Below are positions 29,827 through 39,570 of a stretch of 56,258 nt of DNA, piece by piece. Position 1 is the stretch's first letter. Every line of letters starts with the position of its first letter. A program made the position numbers and the translations under genes. The notes beneath the pieces are model-generated. The model saw nothing but the letters and a program-made list of their open reading frames with translations. It was not told the DNA's origin and ran no database searches. The DNA comes from Acidimicrobiia bacterium. Lineage in GTDB: Bacteria > Actinomycetota > Acidimicrobiia > Spongiisociales > UBA11373. The stretch is taken from contig JBBDMM010000012.1 in assembly GCA_040878325.1 (NCBI GenBank), forward strand, positions 186,001-242,258, in the 5' to 3' direction.

Positions 29827-29930
29827 AATCGGGGAGAGCTGGAACAAGAATCGCTTCCCGAGAGTTTCTTGAGCAACGAGTGGGGGCCCCGTGGGCGCAT
29901 CCACACAAGCGACCGGAAGGAGAAAAACCC

Positions 29931-30854
29931 ATGCGGAGACGATTCCGCAGTCGGGTCGTCGGGGCGGCCCTTGTTGCCACATCCCTCATCGCGGGGGCGT
30001 GCGGCGACGATGCCGGGCCGGGTGACGACACCAAAGAGGGGCCGACGATCGTCGTCGGCTCGACCAATTTCGGCGAGCAGCTGATCCTCGGCGAGATCTA
30101 CGCGCAGGTACTCGAGGCAAATGGATATTCGGTGGAACGCAGGTTCAACCTCGGCCAACGCGAGATCGTCAACCCGGCGCTCAAGGACGGGGAAATCCAC
30201 CTCCTCGTCGAATACACCGGGACGCTGCTCACCTTCGAGGGGGGCACCTCGACAACCGACTCCGCCGCGACCCATGCCGCTCTGCAGGCGGCGCTCGCCG
30301 ATTCAGGGCTGGTTGCCCTCGCCTACGCCCCCGCTCAGGACAAGAACGGGATCGTGGTGACCGCGGCGACCGCTTCCGAATTGGGGCTGGCGGCGGTGAG
30401 CGACCTGGCCGCTCACAACGGCACCCTCGTATTCGGCGGTCCCCCCGAGTGCCCTGAGCGGGCGTTCTGCCTGATCGGCCTCCAGGACGTCTATGGACTG
30501 GACTTTGCCGACTTCGTGCCGCTCGATGTGGGCGGACCACTCACCGTGGCCGCGCTCGAGGGCGGGGCGATCGACGTGGCGTTGCTGTTCACGTCGGACG
30601 GCGTGATCGCCGCCAAGGGATTCGTATTGCTCGAAGACGATATGAACCTGCAGCCGGCCGAGAACATCGTCCCCGTGGTCCACGGCGACATCATCGATGC
30701 CTATGGCGATGAGTTCATCGCTCTGCTCGACTCGGTGAGCGCCCAGATCACCACCGCCGAGCTCTCCGAGCTCAACAAGCAGTACGGCATCGATGCAGTC
30801 GACGCAGACGTGCTGGCGGCCGGTTGGCTGACGGAGAAGGGCTTCCTCCCGTAA
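29931..30854 (+). CDS. Glycine betaine/choline-type substrate-binding lipoprotein
   Basis: Lipobox IAGAC, VGSTNFGEQ, EYTG, LEDD..LQP; AAGGAG RBS. Confidence 0.9.
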   Translation: MRRRFRSRVVGAALVATSLIAGACGDDAGPGDDTKEGPTIVVGSTNFGEQLILGEIYAQVLEANGYSVERRFNLGQREIVNPALKDGEIHLLVEYTGTLLTFEGGTSTTDSAATHAALQAALADSGLVALAYAPAQDKNGIVVTAATASELGLAAVSDLAAHNGTLVFGGPPECPERAFCLIGLQDVYGLDFADFVPLDVGGPLTVAALEGGAIDVALLFTSDGVIAAKGFVLLEDDMNLQPAENIVPVVHGDIIDAYGDEFIALLDSVSAQITTAELSELNKQYGIDAVDADVLAAGWLTEKGFLP

Positions 30855-30866
30855 TCGGCCACGGCG

Positions 30867-30915
30867 ATCCCGCCCGACCGGATCTCCTCGATCATGAGGC
30901 CCGGTCGGACGGGTC
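30867..30915 (+). terminator. GC-rich hairpin after the ABC operon
   Basis: CCCGcCCGACCGG...CCGGTCGGaCGGG inverted repeat; no U-tract. Confidence 0.45.
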
Positions 30916-30945
30916 GGCGCTCGGGGCCTCAGAGGCGCAGGCCCG

Positions 30946-31569
30946 GTGACCGATCTGCTGACCTCCTCGATCGACGTGTGGGACTGGAGGCGGAGGGTCA
31001 CCGACCTCTACGGCGCGGTGCGATCCTCTGAGCCGCAAGCCGGATGGTGGACCTGGCGCAACGAGCGAGACCGGCTCTTCGCCGACCATCCGCAGAGCCC
31101 GCTACCCGTGGCGGAAAGGTCAGACTTCACCCGAATCCCGTACTTCGACTACTCCCCGTCGATGCGGGTGCTCGCCGAAGTCACCACCGCCCCCGAGCCG
31201 ACACCCTTCGGTCTGCCCCACAGCGGCAATGGAACCACCGACGCGATCGCGTTCGGGATCGCTGTCTTCGAGATCGAGGGTCGGCAGGCCACGCTTCCCA
31301 TCTATCGCCTCCTCGAATACGGAGACGGGTTCTTCTTGCCGTTTCGCGACCGGACCAATGGCTCGGAGACCTACGGGGGCGGGCGATATCTGATCGACAC
31401 GGTCAAGGGTGCGGATCTCGGGTTCGAGAGCAGCCGGCTGGTGCTCGATTTCAACTTTGCCTATCACCCGTCGTGCGTGCACTCTCCAATGTGGTCATGT
31501 CCCCTCGCTCCTCCCGGGAGCACTCTGGCGGTTGAGATCCGGGCTGGAGAGCGCCTGGTGGGCACATGA
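30946..31569 (+). CDS. DUF1684 family protein
   Basis: HPQSPL, PFRDRTNGSETYGGGRYL, DFNFAYHPSC. Confidence 0.9.
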   Translation: MTDLLTSSIDVWDWRRRVTDLYGAVRSSEPQAGWWTWRNERDRLFADHPQSPLPVAERSDFTRIPYFDYSPSMRVLAEVTTAPEPTPFGLPHSGNGTTDAIAFGIAVFEIEGRQATLPIYRLLEYGDGFFLPFRDRTNGSETYGGGRYLIDTVKGADLGFESSRLVLDFNFAYHPSCVHSPMWSCPLAPPGSTLAVEIRAGERLVGT

Positions 31570-31925
31570 CCCCGCAGCATGCCGACGCCACCAACGGGTA
31601 TCTACAGACCATCGGTCGCGTCTCCGGCCAGCCGCACGAAATCGAGATCTGGTTCGCGGTGGACCGAGGGGTGGTGTACCTGCTGTCGGGATCGGGCGGG
31701 AACAGCGACTGGTGCCGGAACCTCGACGCCAACGCTGCCGCCGAGTTCACGATCGACGACACCGTCTATCCGGTGCTCGGCCGGCGAGTGAACGATCCCG
31801 ATGAGGCCGCCCGCGCCCGACGCGCGGTCTTCGACAAGTACTCCGAACGCTACGGCGGCGACCTGGTGGAGTGGCGGGACACTTCCGCTCCATTTGCCCT
31901 CGACCCCATCAGGGCCGGCCGATAG
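31566..31925 (+). CDS. Deazaflavin-dependent nitroreductase-like (DUF385) protein
   Basis: TIGRVSGQPHEIEIWF, SDWCRNL. Confidence 0.75.
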   Translation: MTPQHADATNGYLQTIGRVSGQPHEIEIWFAVDRGVVYLLSGSGGNSDWCRNLDANAAAEFTIDDTVYPVLGRRVNDPDEAARARRAVFDKYSERYGGDLVEWRDTSAPFALDPIRAGR

Positions 31926-31980
31926 GTCACGGGCGCTACCCGATGATCCCGGGCCGCGCCGGATGCGCGATCATCTCGCC

Positions 31981-34293
31981 ATGCGCGCCTCCCTCAGCAG
32001 CCTGGTCGCTGGATCACTCCTCCTCGCGTCAGGTTCGGCCGCTGCGCTCCAGCCGGCGACCTGCCCCCCGTACCAGGGCATCGTCTGCGAGGGGTGGGTC
32101 ACCGACGCCGCCGGTGTGATCATCAACGACGAGACCGTCGAAGCGGCGGCCGGACGACTCGTGGCCGAGCACGGACACGAGATCGCCGTGGTCATCGTCG
32201 CCACCACCGGATCGATCGAGCCAGATGAGTTCGCCGCGGGGATAGGGAACACCTGGGGAGTAGGCGACGCCGAGGACGACGACGGCATCGTGGTGCTGAT
32301 CGCCCTCGCCGAGCGCCGCACCGAAATCGTCACCGGCTCCGGCCTCCGCATCGCCAACCTCAACACGATCGCTGGCGCCGGCAACTCGTCATTTGCAGCC
32401 AACGACTTCGACTCGGGGGTGGTCGCCATTCTGTCGGCAATCGAACTCGCGTTGGAAGGCGGCGGGGTCACGCTGCCGGGCGGGGAAGATCCGGATGGCG
32501 GCTCGGGCTTCGTCGGCACCATCGCCCGGGTGCTGGCGTCGCTCGGCATGGTCGGCGCGGGATGGGCACTGGTGGCGCGGGGCCGCAGCAGCCGCGCCTC
32601 GCGGACCAAGATCAGCCGGGCCTCGTTCGTCGACGACGCCCTCGACAAGTTGGAACCGGCAGGCCACGAACTGCCGACCCTCGGGGACTACGCGGTGCCG
32701 GCGTCCCCGAACGCACCCGACGTCCCCACCGGCAGGGCCATCGAAGCGATCATGGCGATCGGAGGCCGGCGACCATTGGCTGACCCCGAAGCCTTGGCCG
32801 CCATCTGGCACGCCGGCACGATCGAATTGGTCGACCGCGAGCGCCTGCTGGCAGACGCCGTGGAACCCCTCGAACTGCGGGTGTCCGAGGAGAAGGAAAT
32901 TCTCGAGGAGGCGACGGAGCAAGCGAGTCGGGATGCACTCGCCGTGGGCCTGCGAAGCGGCGACGAATTCCGTGCCCGAATGCGCGAGCTCGAGAATCTG
33001 GTGAACGCCCTCCGGCCGCACCGGGTGGCATACGCCCGGCAGAAGACCGCCGAGAGCCTGGTCGACTCGCTGGTCGAGACGCCTGCGGGCTGGGCCGGCG
33101 TCACCGACTTCGGAGCCCGCCTGCTGCGGGCAGCCCCGGCCCTCGACCCGGCGGCGACACTCAGCGAGTCGGTGCGGGAGATCGAAGCCGCTCGGGCGGT
33201 GGCCGCCGAGAAGACCACCCGTCTCGAGGCGCTGTACGACGAACTGCCCGCTTCGACGGCCCGTCCGGCGGTGGCGGCGGCGCTGGCCGATCTCGACGAC
33301 GACGTCGACGCCGCCGTTGCCCGGTTCGAAGCCGTTCGCGCGGCCCTCGAAGATGAAGGCGACCTGCTCGAGCGCGACGGTCTCGATGTGCCTGCCATCG
33401 CCGCGCTGTTGTTGATGAACCGTGACGAGGGCAACGTGAAGCAGTTCGTGCGGACATATCGGGCGCGTCGCAATGGTGGGGCCGAGCCGTCTGCAGCGGT
33501 CGAGTTCGCCCTCGCCGGCCTCCGCGACCCGGCCGAGATCCGGAGGATCCAGAAGGAAGCCGGCCGGCTGGGGCTACCGGTGTCCATCACCGCGGCTCTG
33601 CTGCGGCGCCGCGACGACGGGCCTGAGGCGTATCAGGCGATCCTGGACGAATTGGCGGGACACGGGATCAGGGGCGAGACGCGCCGCACCATCGCCGGGG
33701 TGCTGGCCATCTCGCTCGAGCCGAGCCGGGCGGTGGAGCGTTGGGCAGCGGCCCTCGCCGCGCTCGAGGCGCTCGGCCTCGACGGGGACGGCTCCTATGC
33801 GCAGGTGGCCGCCGCCTTCGGGGCGTCGGATGCCCGGGGACCGCGGGCCTTCGCCCTCTCCTACGCGGCTCAGCGAGAGCAGCTCGCCGTCTCGACCGTG
33901 GACGACGCCGAGAGATTCGCCCCCGAGCTCGCCCACGAAGGCACCTCCCGACAGACGGACTCGTGGACCGGCGACCCGATACCACCGGACTACGGCTCCT
34001 TCGATCCGTTCACCTTCTTCTACTACCACTGGGTGATCACCCGGGGTTCGGCCGGCTCGATGGGCTGGGAGCCGATCCACAACGACCGGTCGTGGAGCGG
34101 TGACCGTTCCTCGTGGTGGGGTGGGTTCGGCGGTGGGGGCGGATTCGGCAGCCGCACCTCGTCGTCCGGCGGGTCCTCCTGGGGGTCGTCAGGCAGCACC
34201 TCGTTCGGTGGGTTCGGCGGGGGCGGGGGGTTCAGCGGCGGAGGCGGGGGCGGCGGTGGAGGCGGGGGCTCGTCGGGCGGGAGCGGTTGGTGA
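31981..34293 (+). CDS. TPM-domain membrane protein with large helical region and Gly-rich tail
   Basis: Signal peptide, VTDAAGVI, WGVG..DDGIVVL, one TM, ends GGGGGSSGGSGW. Confidence 0.8.
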   Translation: MRASLSSLVAGSLLLASGSAAALQPATCPPYQGIVCEGWVTDAAGVIINDETVEAAAGRLVAEHGHEIAVVIVATTGSIEPDEFAAGIGNTWGVGDAEDDDGIVVLIALAERRTEIVTGSGLRIANLNTIAGAGNSSFAANDFDSGVVAILSAIELALEGGGVTLPGGEDPDGGSGFVGTIARVLASLGMVGAGWALVARGRSSRASRTKISRASFVDDALDKLEPAGHELPTLGDYAVPASPNAPDVPTGRAIEAIMAIGGRRPLADPEALAAIWHAGTIELVDRERLLADAVEPLELRVSEEKEILEEATEQASRDALAVGLRSGDEFRARMRELENLVNALRPHRVAYARQKTAESLVDSLVETPAGWAGVTDFGARLLRAAPALDPAATLSESVREIEAARAVAAEKTTRLEALYDELPASTARPAVAAALADLDDDVDAAVARFEAVRAALEDEGDLLERDGLDVPAIAALLLMNRDEGNVKQFVRTYRARRNGGAEPSAAVEFALAGLRDPAEIRRIQKEAGRLGLPVSITAALLRRRDDGPEAYQAILDELAGHGIRGETRRTIAGVLAISLEPSRAVERWAAALAALEALGLDGDGSYAQVAAAFGASDARGPRAFALSYAAQREQLAVSTVDDAERFAPELAHEGTSRQTDSWTGDPIPPDYGSFDPFTFFYYHWVITRGSAGSMGWEPIHNDRSWSGDRSSWWGGFGGGGGFGSRTSSSGGSSWGSSGSTSFGGFGGGGGFSGGGGGGGGGGGSSGGSGW

Positions 34294-35123
34294 CCGATCC
34301 GATCAAGAGCCCCAGCAACCCCCGCATCAAGGCTCTGGTGCGGCTGAGAAATCGTCGGGAACGGGATCGGTCGGGAAGATTCCTGGTCGAGGGGTACCGC
34401 GAGTTCTCCCGTGCTCTCGGTGCCGGCATCGTCATCGACGAGCTGTATGTCGCCCCCGGGTTGTTCCTGGGGCACAACGAGGCGGCGCTCGTCGCTCGGG
34501 CCGCCGCCACCGGAACGGAGATCATCGACGTGGCTGACGCGGCGTTCGCCCGCGCTTCGTACCGCGACCGGCCCGAGGGCCTGATCGCCGTGGCCCGGCA
34601 ATTCCCGACTGCCATCTCAGACATCGATCTCTCGGGCAACCCTCTGGTACTGGTGGTCGAAGCAATCGAGAAGCCCGGGAACCTGGGAACGATGCTGCGT
34701 ACGGCCGACGCCGCTGGAGCGACCGCGGTGATCGTGGCAGACCCGAACACCGACCCGTTCAACCCCAACGTCGTACGGGCGTCGTTGGGGACGCTGTTCA
34801 CCGTGCCCATCGCGGTCACCGACACCGCATCCGCGATAGACCAGCTACGAGCGAACCGGGTGCGGGTGCTAGCGGCGACTCCATTGGGCGCAATGCCCCA
34901 TCACTCGGTCGATCTCACCGGCCCGATCGCCCTGGTGGTGGGCAGCGAGCAGTATGGCCTCAGCGACGCCTGGCTCGAGGACGCCGATGCCCGCATCGTC
35001 ATCCGCATGCCTGGTTCGGTCGACAGCCTCAACGCGGCGATGGCGGCCGGGATCCTGTTGTTCGAGGCCGTCCGTCAGCGGGAGCATCTAGCGTTGCCCG
35101 ATCGGGGCGGAGAGGAGCACTGA
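34290..35123 (+). CDS. TrmH/SpoU-family RNA methyltransferase
   Basis: SPSNPRIK, EKPGNLGTMLRTADAAG, GSEQYGL, DSLNAA. Confidence 0.9.
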   Translation: MTDPIKSPSNPRIKALVRLRNRRERDRSGRFLVEGYREFSRALGAGIVIDELYVAPGLFLGHNEAALVARAAATGTEIIDVADAAFARASYRDRPEGLIAVARQFPTAISDIDLSGNPLVLVVEAIEKPGNLGTMLRTADAAGATAVIVADPNTDPFNPNVVRASLGTLFTVPIAVTDTASAIDQLRANRVRVLAATPLGAMPHHSVDLTGPIALVVGSEQYGLSDAWLEDADARIVIRMPGSVDSLNAAMAAGILLFEAVRQREHLALPDRGGEEH

Positions 35124-35944
35124 TGAACCCCCTCGGACTGGTCGGAAGCCTGCTCTTGCTGGGGGCAGTGGGCTGCGGTGTGGCGGCGATCTGGGTAGAC
35201 GGCGAGGGCCGCAGCGCCCTGATCATCACCGCGTTCTCACTCCTGCTCCCCGCATTGATCATGCGCGGCCTCGGAAGGCGCCTCGGCAAGATGCTGGGGG
35301 TCCAGCCCGACTTCATGGCGAGCGGCCAACGCGGCACCGCCACGATCACCAGCGTCGGCGACACCGGGGTCACCATCAACAACGACCCGGTACTCATCTT
35401 CGGCCTCGACGTCGACGTGCCGGGCTCCCCCGCCACCGCCGAGATCCGCCAGCGGACGCCGCGCTTTGTCGTCGGTGCAGTCATCCCGGGCTCCACGGTC
35501 CAGGTGGTGGCCGATCCCAAGGATCCGTCGGTGGTGGCGATCGACTGGACTCAGGCTCCGCAGCCCGGTGCCGGCGTTGTCGGCGGAGTGGGTCCAGGGA
35601 TGGACGAGATCTCAGAGCAGATGGGAGAGCCGGTGGCCGGGGTGGGCAGTGCCGCCGAGTTGCTGCGCAAGGGCCGCCGGGGCACCGCGGTGATCCGGTC
35701 GGCCACCGATTCAGGGGACATCTCCGACCTCGGCTTGGTCGATTCCACCGACGCCGGGCGCGACGATCGCATCTACGTCTTCGACCTGGAGGTAAAGCTG
35801 CCCGGACGCTCGCCCTACCAGGCGCGGGTCGGGCACCGGGTCCCCGAACGGCTGTACGGAAAGGTGGCCCCCGGGATGGAAATCGAGGTCGCCGTCGACC
35901 GGGACAACGACCAGGAAGTCGCCATCGATTGGTCCGACATCTGA
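35123..35944 (+). CDS. Hypothetical membrane protein with two repeated beta domains
   Basis: Two TMs, then GTATI...VAIDW and GTAVI...VAIDW repeats; GAGGAG RBS. Confidence 0.75.
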   Translation: MNPLGLVGSLLLLGAVGCGVAAIWVDGEGRSALIITAFSLLLPALIMRGLGRRLGKMLGVQPDFMASGQRGTATITSVGDTGVTINNDPVLIFGLDVDVPGSPATAEIRQRTPRFVVGAVIPGSTVQVVADPKDPSVVAIDWTQAPQPGAGVVGGVGPGMDEISEQMGEPVAGVGSAAELLRKGRRGTAVIRSATDSGDISDLGLVDSTDAGRDDRIYVFDLEVKLPGRSPYQARVGHRVPERLYGKVAPGMEIEVAVDRDNDQEVAIDWSDI

Positions 35945-36333
35945 TGGCCCACCAGCCTGCCGAGTCAGTGAATTGGCATCCGGCCGGTTCCGACCACTTC
36001 ACCGGGGACGTTTGGTTCGGCCCGATGCACTCGGCCGCCGACGCCGACGGATTGAGCGTCCTCGGGGTGTCGTTCGCCCCCGGAGCCCGATCGGACTGGC
36101 ACAGCCATCCCGGCGGGCAGGTCCTATATGTCGTTGCCGGCGTCGCCCGGGTACACGCCGAGGGCGGGGCGACGGTCACCGCCGGGCCGGGCGACACCGT
36201 CCACGCCGAACCGGGAGAGCTCCACTGGCACGGGGCGGCACCCGACAGCCCGATGGTGCACCTCTCGATCACCGCCGGCGGGGCCACCGAGTGGCTTCTG
36301 CGCAAAGTGACCGACAAGGAGTACGAGTCGTAA
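35944..36333 (+). CDS. Cupin domain protein
   Basis: FTGDVW, WHSHPGGQVL, HWHGA, HLSI. Confidence 0.9.
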   Translation: MAHQPAESVNWHPAGSDHFTGDVWFGPMHSAADADGLSVLGVSFAPGARSDWHSHPGGQVLYVVAGVARVHAEGGATVTAGPGDTVHAEPGELHWHGAAPDSPMVHLSITAGGATEWLLRKVTDKEYES

Positions 36334-36351
36334 GGGCCGTCGGCCTCTTCC

Positions 36352-36380
36352 TTGAATCGAACATGTGTTCGCCCTAGCCT
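36352..36380 (+). promoter_or_regulatory. Promoter TTGAAT-N17-TAGCCT with an overlapping LexA (SOS) box
   Basis: TCGAAC-ATGT-GTTCGC at 36357-36372 versus the actinobacterial consensus TCGAAC-N4-GTTCGA; ATG 6 nt after the -10. Confidence 0.85.
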
Positions 36381-36386
36381 CTGTGG

Positions 36387-38015
36387 ATGGCACTCGGGAT
36401 ACAGCGATCGTTCGATGACCTGGGGGCACCCATCTCCGAGGTCCCCTTCTGCGTTCTCGACCTCGAGACCACCGGTGGCGCCCCCGCCGATCTCGGCATC
36501 ACCGAGATCGGCGCGATCCGCTACCGGGGCGGCATCCGCGAGGGAACGTTCCACTCACTGGTGAATCCCGGAGGCCCGATCCCCCCGTTCATCACCGTGC
36601 TGACCGGTATCACCCAGGCGATGGTCATCGAGGCTCCCCGCCTCCCCGAGGTGCTCCCCGCCTTCCTCGAGTTCCTCGGCGATGCGGTGGTGGTGGGGCA
36701 CAACGTCCGCTACGACCTCGGCTTCCTGAATGCGGCCGCCACTGCCCACGGATACGGTCCGCTGCCCAACCGCTCGGTGGACACCCTCAGCCTGGCCCGG
36801 CGCTTGGTGCAGTCGGAGATCAGGGACTTCCGCCTCGGCAGCCTGGCGGCGTACTTTCGCTCGCCCGTCACCCCCACCCACCGGGCGCTCGAAGATGCCG
36901 CGGCCACGGCCCATGTCCTGTGGAGCCTGTTGGAACGAGCCGGGACGATCGGGGTGACCCATCTCGACGATCTCCTGGCGATGCCCACCGCCCGCGGGCG
37001 GGCGTCGTACGGCAAGCTCAAACTCACCGAGGGGTTGCCTCGCCGACCCGGGGTCTACATGTTCCGCGATCGCCGCGGCGAGATCATCTACATCGGGAAG
37101 GCGAAGGACCTGCGCACACGGGTCCGCTCTTACTTCTACGGGGACACCCGCCGGTCGATCGAGCAGTTGCTGCGGGAACTCGACTCGATCGACCACCGGG
37201 TTTGCTCCACGGAGTTGGAGGCGGAGGTGACTGAGCTTCGCCTCATCGCCGCCCACTGCCCGCGCCACAACCGGAAGTCGAAACCACCGAAGTCGTCTCA
37301 CTGGGTGCGGCTGACTTCCGGCCCCTTTCCCCGCCTTTCCCTCGCTCGCACGGTTGCCCCTGATGCCCTGCTTCATCTCGGACCCTTCCGCGGCACCGCG
37401 TCGGCCCGGGCGGTGATCGAGGCGATCTGGGATGCGCTCCCGATACGGCGGTGCTCCAACCCGCCGGGCAGCCGCAGCGCGCCATGTGCGTTCGCCCAAC
37501 TCGGCGCCGCACTGTGCCCCTGCGATGGGTCGCTCACCGCAGCCGAATACGCCCCGGTGGTCGAACGCCTGATCGCCGGAGTCGAGAGCCACCCGGCGCT
37601 GTTGCTCGAGCCATTGGGGCGCAAGATCGCCGATCACGCCCGCGCGGCCCGCTTCGAGGAGGCGGCGTGGGTGCGCGACCGTCACCGGGCCCTTGCGCGG
37701 GCGCTCGACCGGCGCCGGGCATGGACGGCGATGCAGCGGGCCGGGACGGTGCATGCCACCGGGCCCGACGGCGGAGCACTCATCGAGCGGGGCCGCCTGG
37801 TCGCCGCCTGGCCCGACGGGGATCGTCCCCCCCTCCTTCCCGCGATCCGAACCGAGCACCCCACCGAGGAAGCCGCCCGGTCCGTGATCGATGCCGAGGA
37901 GGCTCACCTGGTGTGGCGATGGTTGATGAGCGATGGGGTCGCATTGGACGAGGCCGACGGACCCCTGGGGCTTCCGGTCCACCCGGTCGAAGCGCTGGAG
38001 CGCATCGCGGTGTGA
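36387..38015 (+). CDS. DEDD 3'-5' exonuclease fused to a GIY-YIG/UvrC-like endonuclease (Rv2191-like)
   Basis: DLETTG, HNVRYD, HRALEDA; PGVYMF...YIGKAKDLRTRVRSYF; UVR-like FEEAA. Confidence 0.9.
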   Translation: MALGIQRSFDDLGAPISEVPFCVLDLETTGGAPADLGITEIGAIRYRGGIREGTFHSLVNPGGPIPPFITVLTGITQAMVIEAPRLPEVLPAFLEFLGDAVVVGHNVRYDLGFLNAAATAHGYGPLPNRSVDTLSLARRLVQSEIRDFRLGSLAAYFRSPVTPTHRALEDAAATAHVLWSLLERAGTIGVTHLDDLLAMPTARGRASYGKLKLTEGLPRRPGVYMFRDRRGEIIYIGKAKDLRTRVRSYFYGDTRRSIEQLLRELDSIDHRVCSTELEAEVTELRLIAAHCPRHNRKSKPPKSSHWVRLTSGPFPRLSLARTVAPDALLHLGPFRGTASARAVIEAIWDALPIRRCSNPPGSRSAPCAFAQLGAALCPCDGSLTAAEYAPVVERLIAGVESHPALLLEPLGRKIADHARAARFEEAAWVRDRHRALARALDRRRAWTAMQRAGTVHATGPDGGALIERGRLVAAWPDGDRPPLLPAIRTEHPTEEAARSVIDAEEAHLVWRWLMSDGVALDEADGPLGLPVHPVEALERIAV

Positions 38016-38028
38016 CCCGCGGAGGTGG

Positions 38029-39000
38029 CTACGCCCGGTCGAGCACCATTGCCGGGTCGACATTGCCGCCGGAAAGCACCACCACCAGGGGGCCGCTACC
38101 TGGTGCCCGGCCGGCCAATGCGAGGGCCAATCCGACCGCCCCCCCGGGCTCGACCACCAGCTTCAGCGTTTCGAACGCGAACCGCATCGCCTCGCGCACC
38201 TCAGAGTCGCTGACGGTCGCCGACCCCGCCACGAGGCGCCGGTTGATCTCGAATCCAATGGCGCCGGGGGTGGGCGCCAGCAGGGCGTCACAGATCGAGC
38301 CAGCCGTTTCGGCAACGACGACCCGTTCACCCGATCCGAGCGAGCGCGCATAGTCGTCGAAGTCTTCCGGCTCAACCGTATAGACCTCGGCCCGCGGCAG
38401 ATCGACGGAGAGGGCCAGGGCGATCCCGGCGGTCAGCCCTCCCCCGCCGGTGGGTACCAGCACGACCGGATCCTCGACGGCAAGGGCGCGGCACTGTTCG
38501 GCGATCTCGAGACCTGCGGTTCCCTGGCCGGCGATGGTCCACGAGTGCTCGTACGGGGGGACGATCACCGCACCGGTGCGTCCTGCCCTCTCACGTGTCA
38601 TTTCGACCCGGTCATCGGTGGCCCGGTCGTAGGACACGATCTCGGCGCCTCGGGACCGGGTCCCCTCGGTCTTGGCGGCAGGGGCGTCGGCCGGCATGAC
38701 GATCGTCGCCGGGACGCCGTAGTGGGCGGCGGCCGCCGCCACTGCCTGGCCGTGGTTGCCACTGGAATAGGCGGCCACCCCGTTGGCCCGACCCTCCGGC
38801 CCCAGCTGCGAGAGAAAGGCCATCGCCCCCCGGTACTTGAACGACCCGGTGCGCTGCAGTGTCTCCAGCTTCAGCAGCACCCGACGACCGACCCGGGCAT
38901 CGAGGTCAGGTGAACCGACCAGCGGAGTGCGCACCACGAGGCCGGCGATCCGGTCGGCGGCGGCTCGAACGTCGTCGATCGTCGGCGGTGAGGTATCCAC
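38029..39000 (-). CDS. PLP-dependent serine/threonine dehydratase family
   Basis: QRTGSFKYRG, SSGNHG, GGGGL, LSGGN. Confidence 0.9.
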   Translation of the reverse strand: MDTSPPTIDDVRAAADRIAGLVVRTPLVGSPDLDARVGRRVLLKLETLQRTGSFKYRGAMAFLSQLGPEGRANGVAAYSSGNHGQAVAAAAAHYGVPATIVMPADAPAAKTEGTRSRGAEIVSYDRATDDRVEMTRERAGRTGAVIVPPYEHSWTIAGQGTAGLEIAEQCRALAVEDPVVLVPTGGGGLTAGIALALSVDLPRAEVYTVEPEDFDDYARSLGSGERVVVAETAGSICDALLAPTPGAIGFEINRRLVAGSATVSDSEVREAMRFAFETLKLVVEPGGAVGLALALAGRAPGSGPLVVVLSGGNVDPAMVLDRA

Positions 39001-39081
39001 TGTTGCCGACGCTACCGCCCCCCAGGGGCTTGTGTCGCGCCGCCGGGTCGACTCCGCCGGCTCCGTACACTCGAACAGGTC

Positions 39082-39570
39082 GTGAAGCCGCCCCCGCTCG
39101 CCGTTCTCGCACTCATCGCCATCGGGGCATGCAGCCAGGGGTCGGTGCCGGCCGGCGAGGTGCCCCCACTCGAGCCGACCACGCCGAGCGCGGTCCGGGA
39201 GCTGCTGGCGTCTTCCGACCGGCCGGTGGTGGTGAATGTCTGGGCATCGTGGTGCATTCCGTGCCGCTCGGAGGCTCCTCTGCTCCGCCAGGCCGCGGCC
39301 GCACATGGCGGTGAGATCAGGTTCGTCGGAATCGACGTTCGCGACACCCAGGACGGGGCGCGGTCGTTCATCGCGGAGTTCGGCCTCACCGCGCTCGAGC
39401 ACTACTTCGACCAGTCCGGCGCCGTCCCGGGTGATCTCGGCGGGCGGGGGGTGCCCCTCACCTTCTTCTTCCGTGCGGGAGGTGACCTGGTCTCCGTCCA
39501 CCACGGGGTGATCGACGAGCGAACGCTGGCCCTCGGAATCGACGAGCTGCTCCTTTCCGGGAGCGGGTGA
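39082..39570 (+). CDS. TlpA/ResA-like thiol-disulfide oxidoreductase, lipoprotein
   Basis: Lipobox IGAC, WASWCIPC, GVP. Confidence 0.85.
   Translation: MKPPPLAVLALIAIGACSQGSVPAGEVPPLEPTTPSAVRELLASSDRPVVVNVWASWCIPCRSEAPLLRQAAAAHGGEIRFVGIDVRDTQDGARSFIAEFGLTALEHYFDQSGAVPGDLGGRGVPLTFFFRAGGDLVSVHHGVIDERTLALGIDELLLSGSG

Noticed and set aside
29827..29930. Possible c-di-AMP (ydaO) riboswitch before the osmoprotectant-binding gene
   Set aside because: Only weak hairpins; conserved ydaO motifs not recognisable.
34120..34290. G-rich low-complexity tract
   Set aside because: Encodes the usual Gly/Ser tail of TPM proteins.
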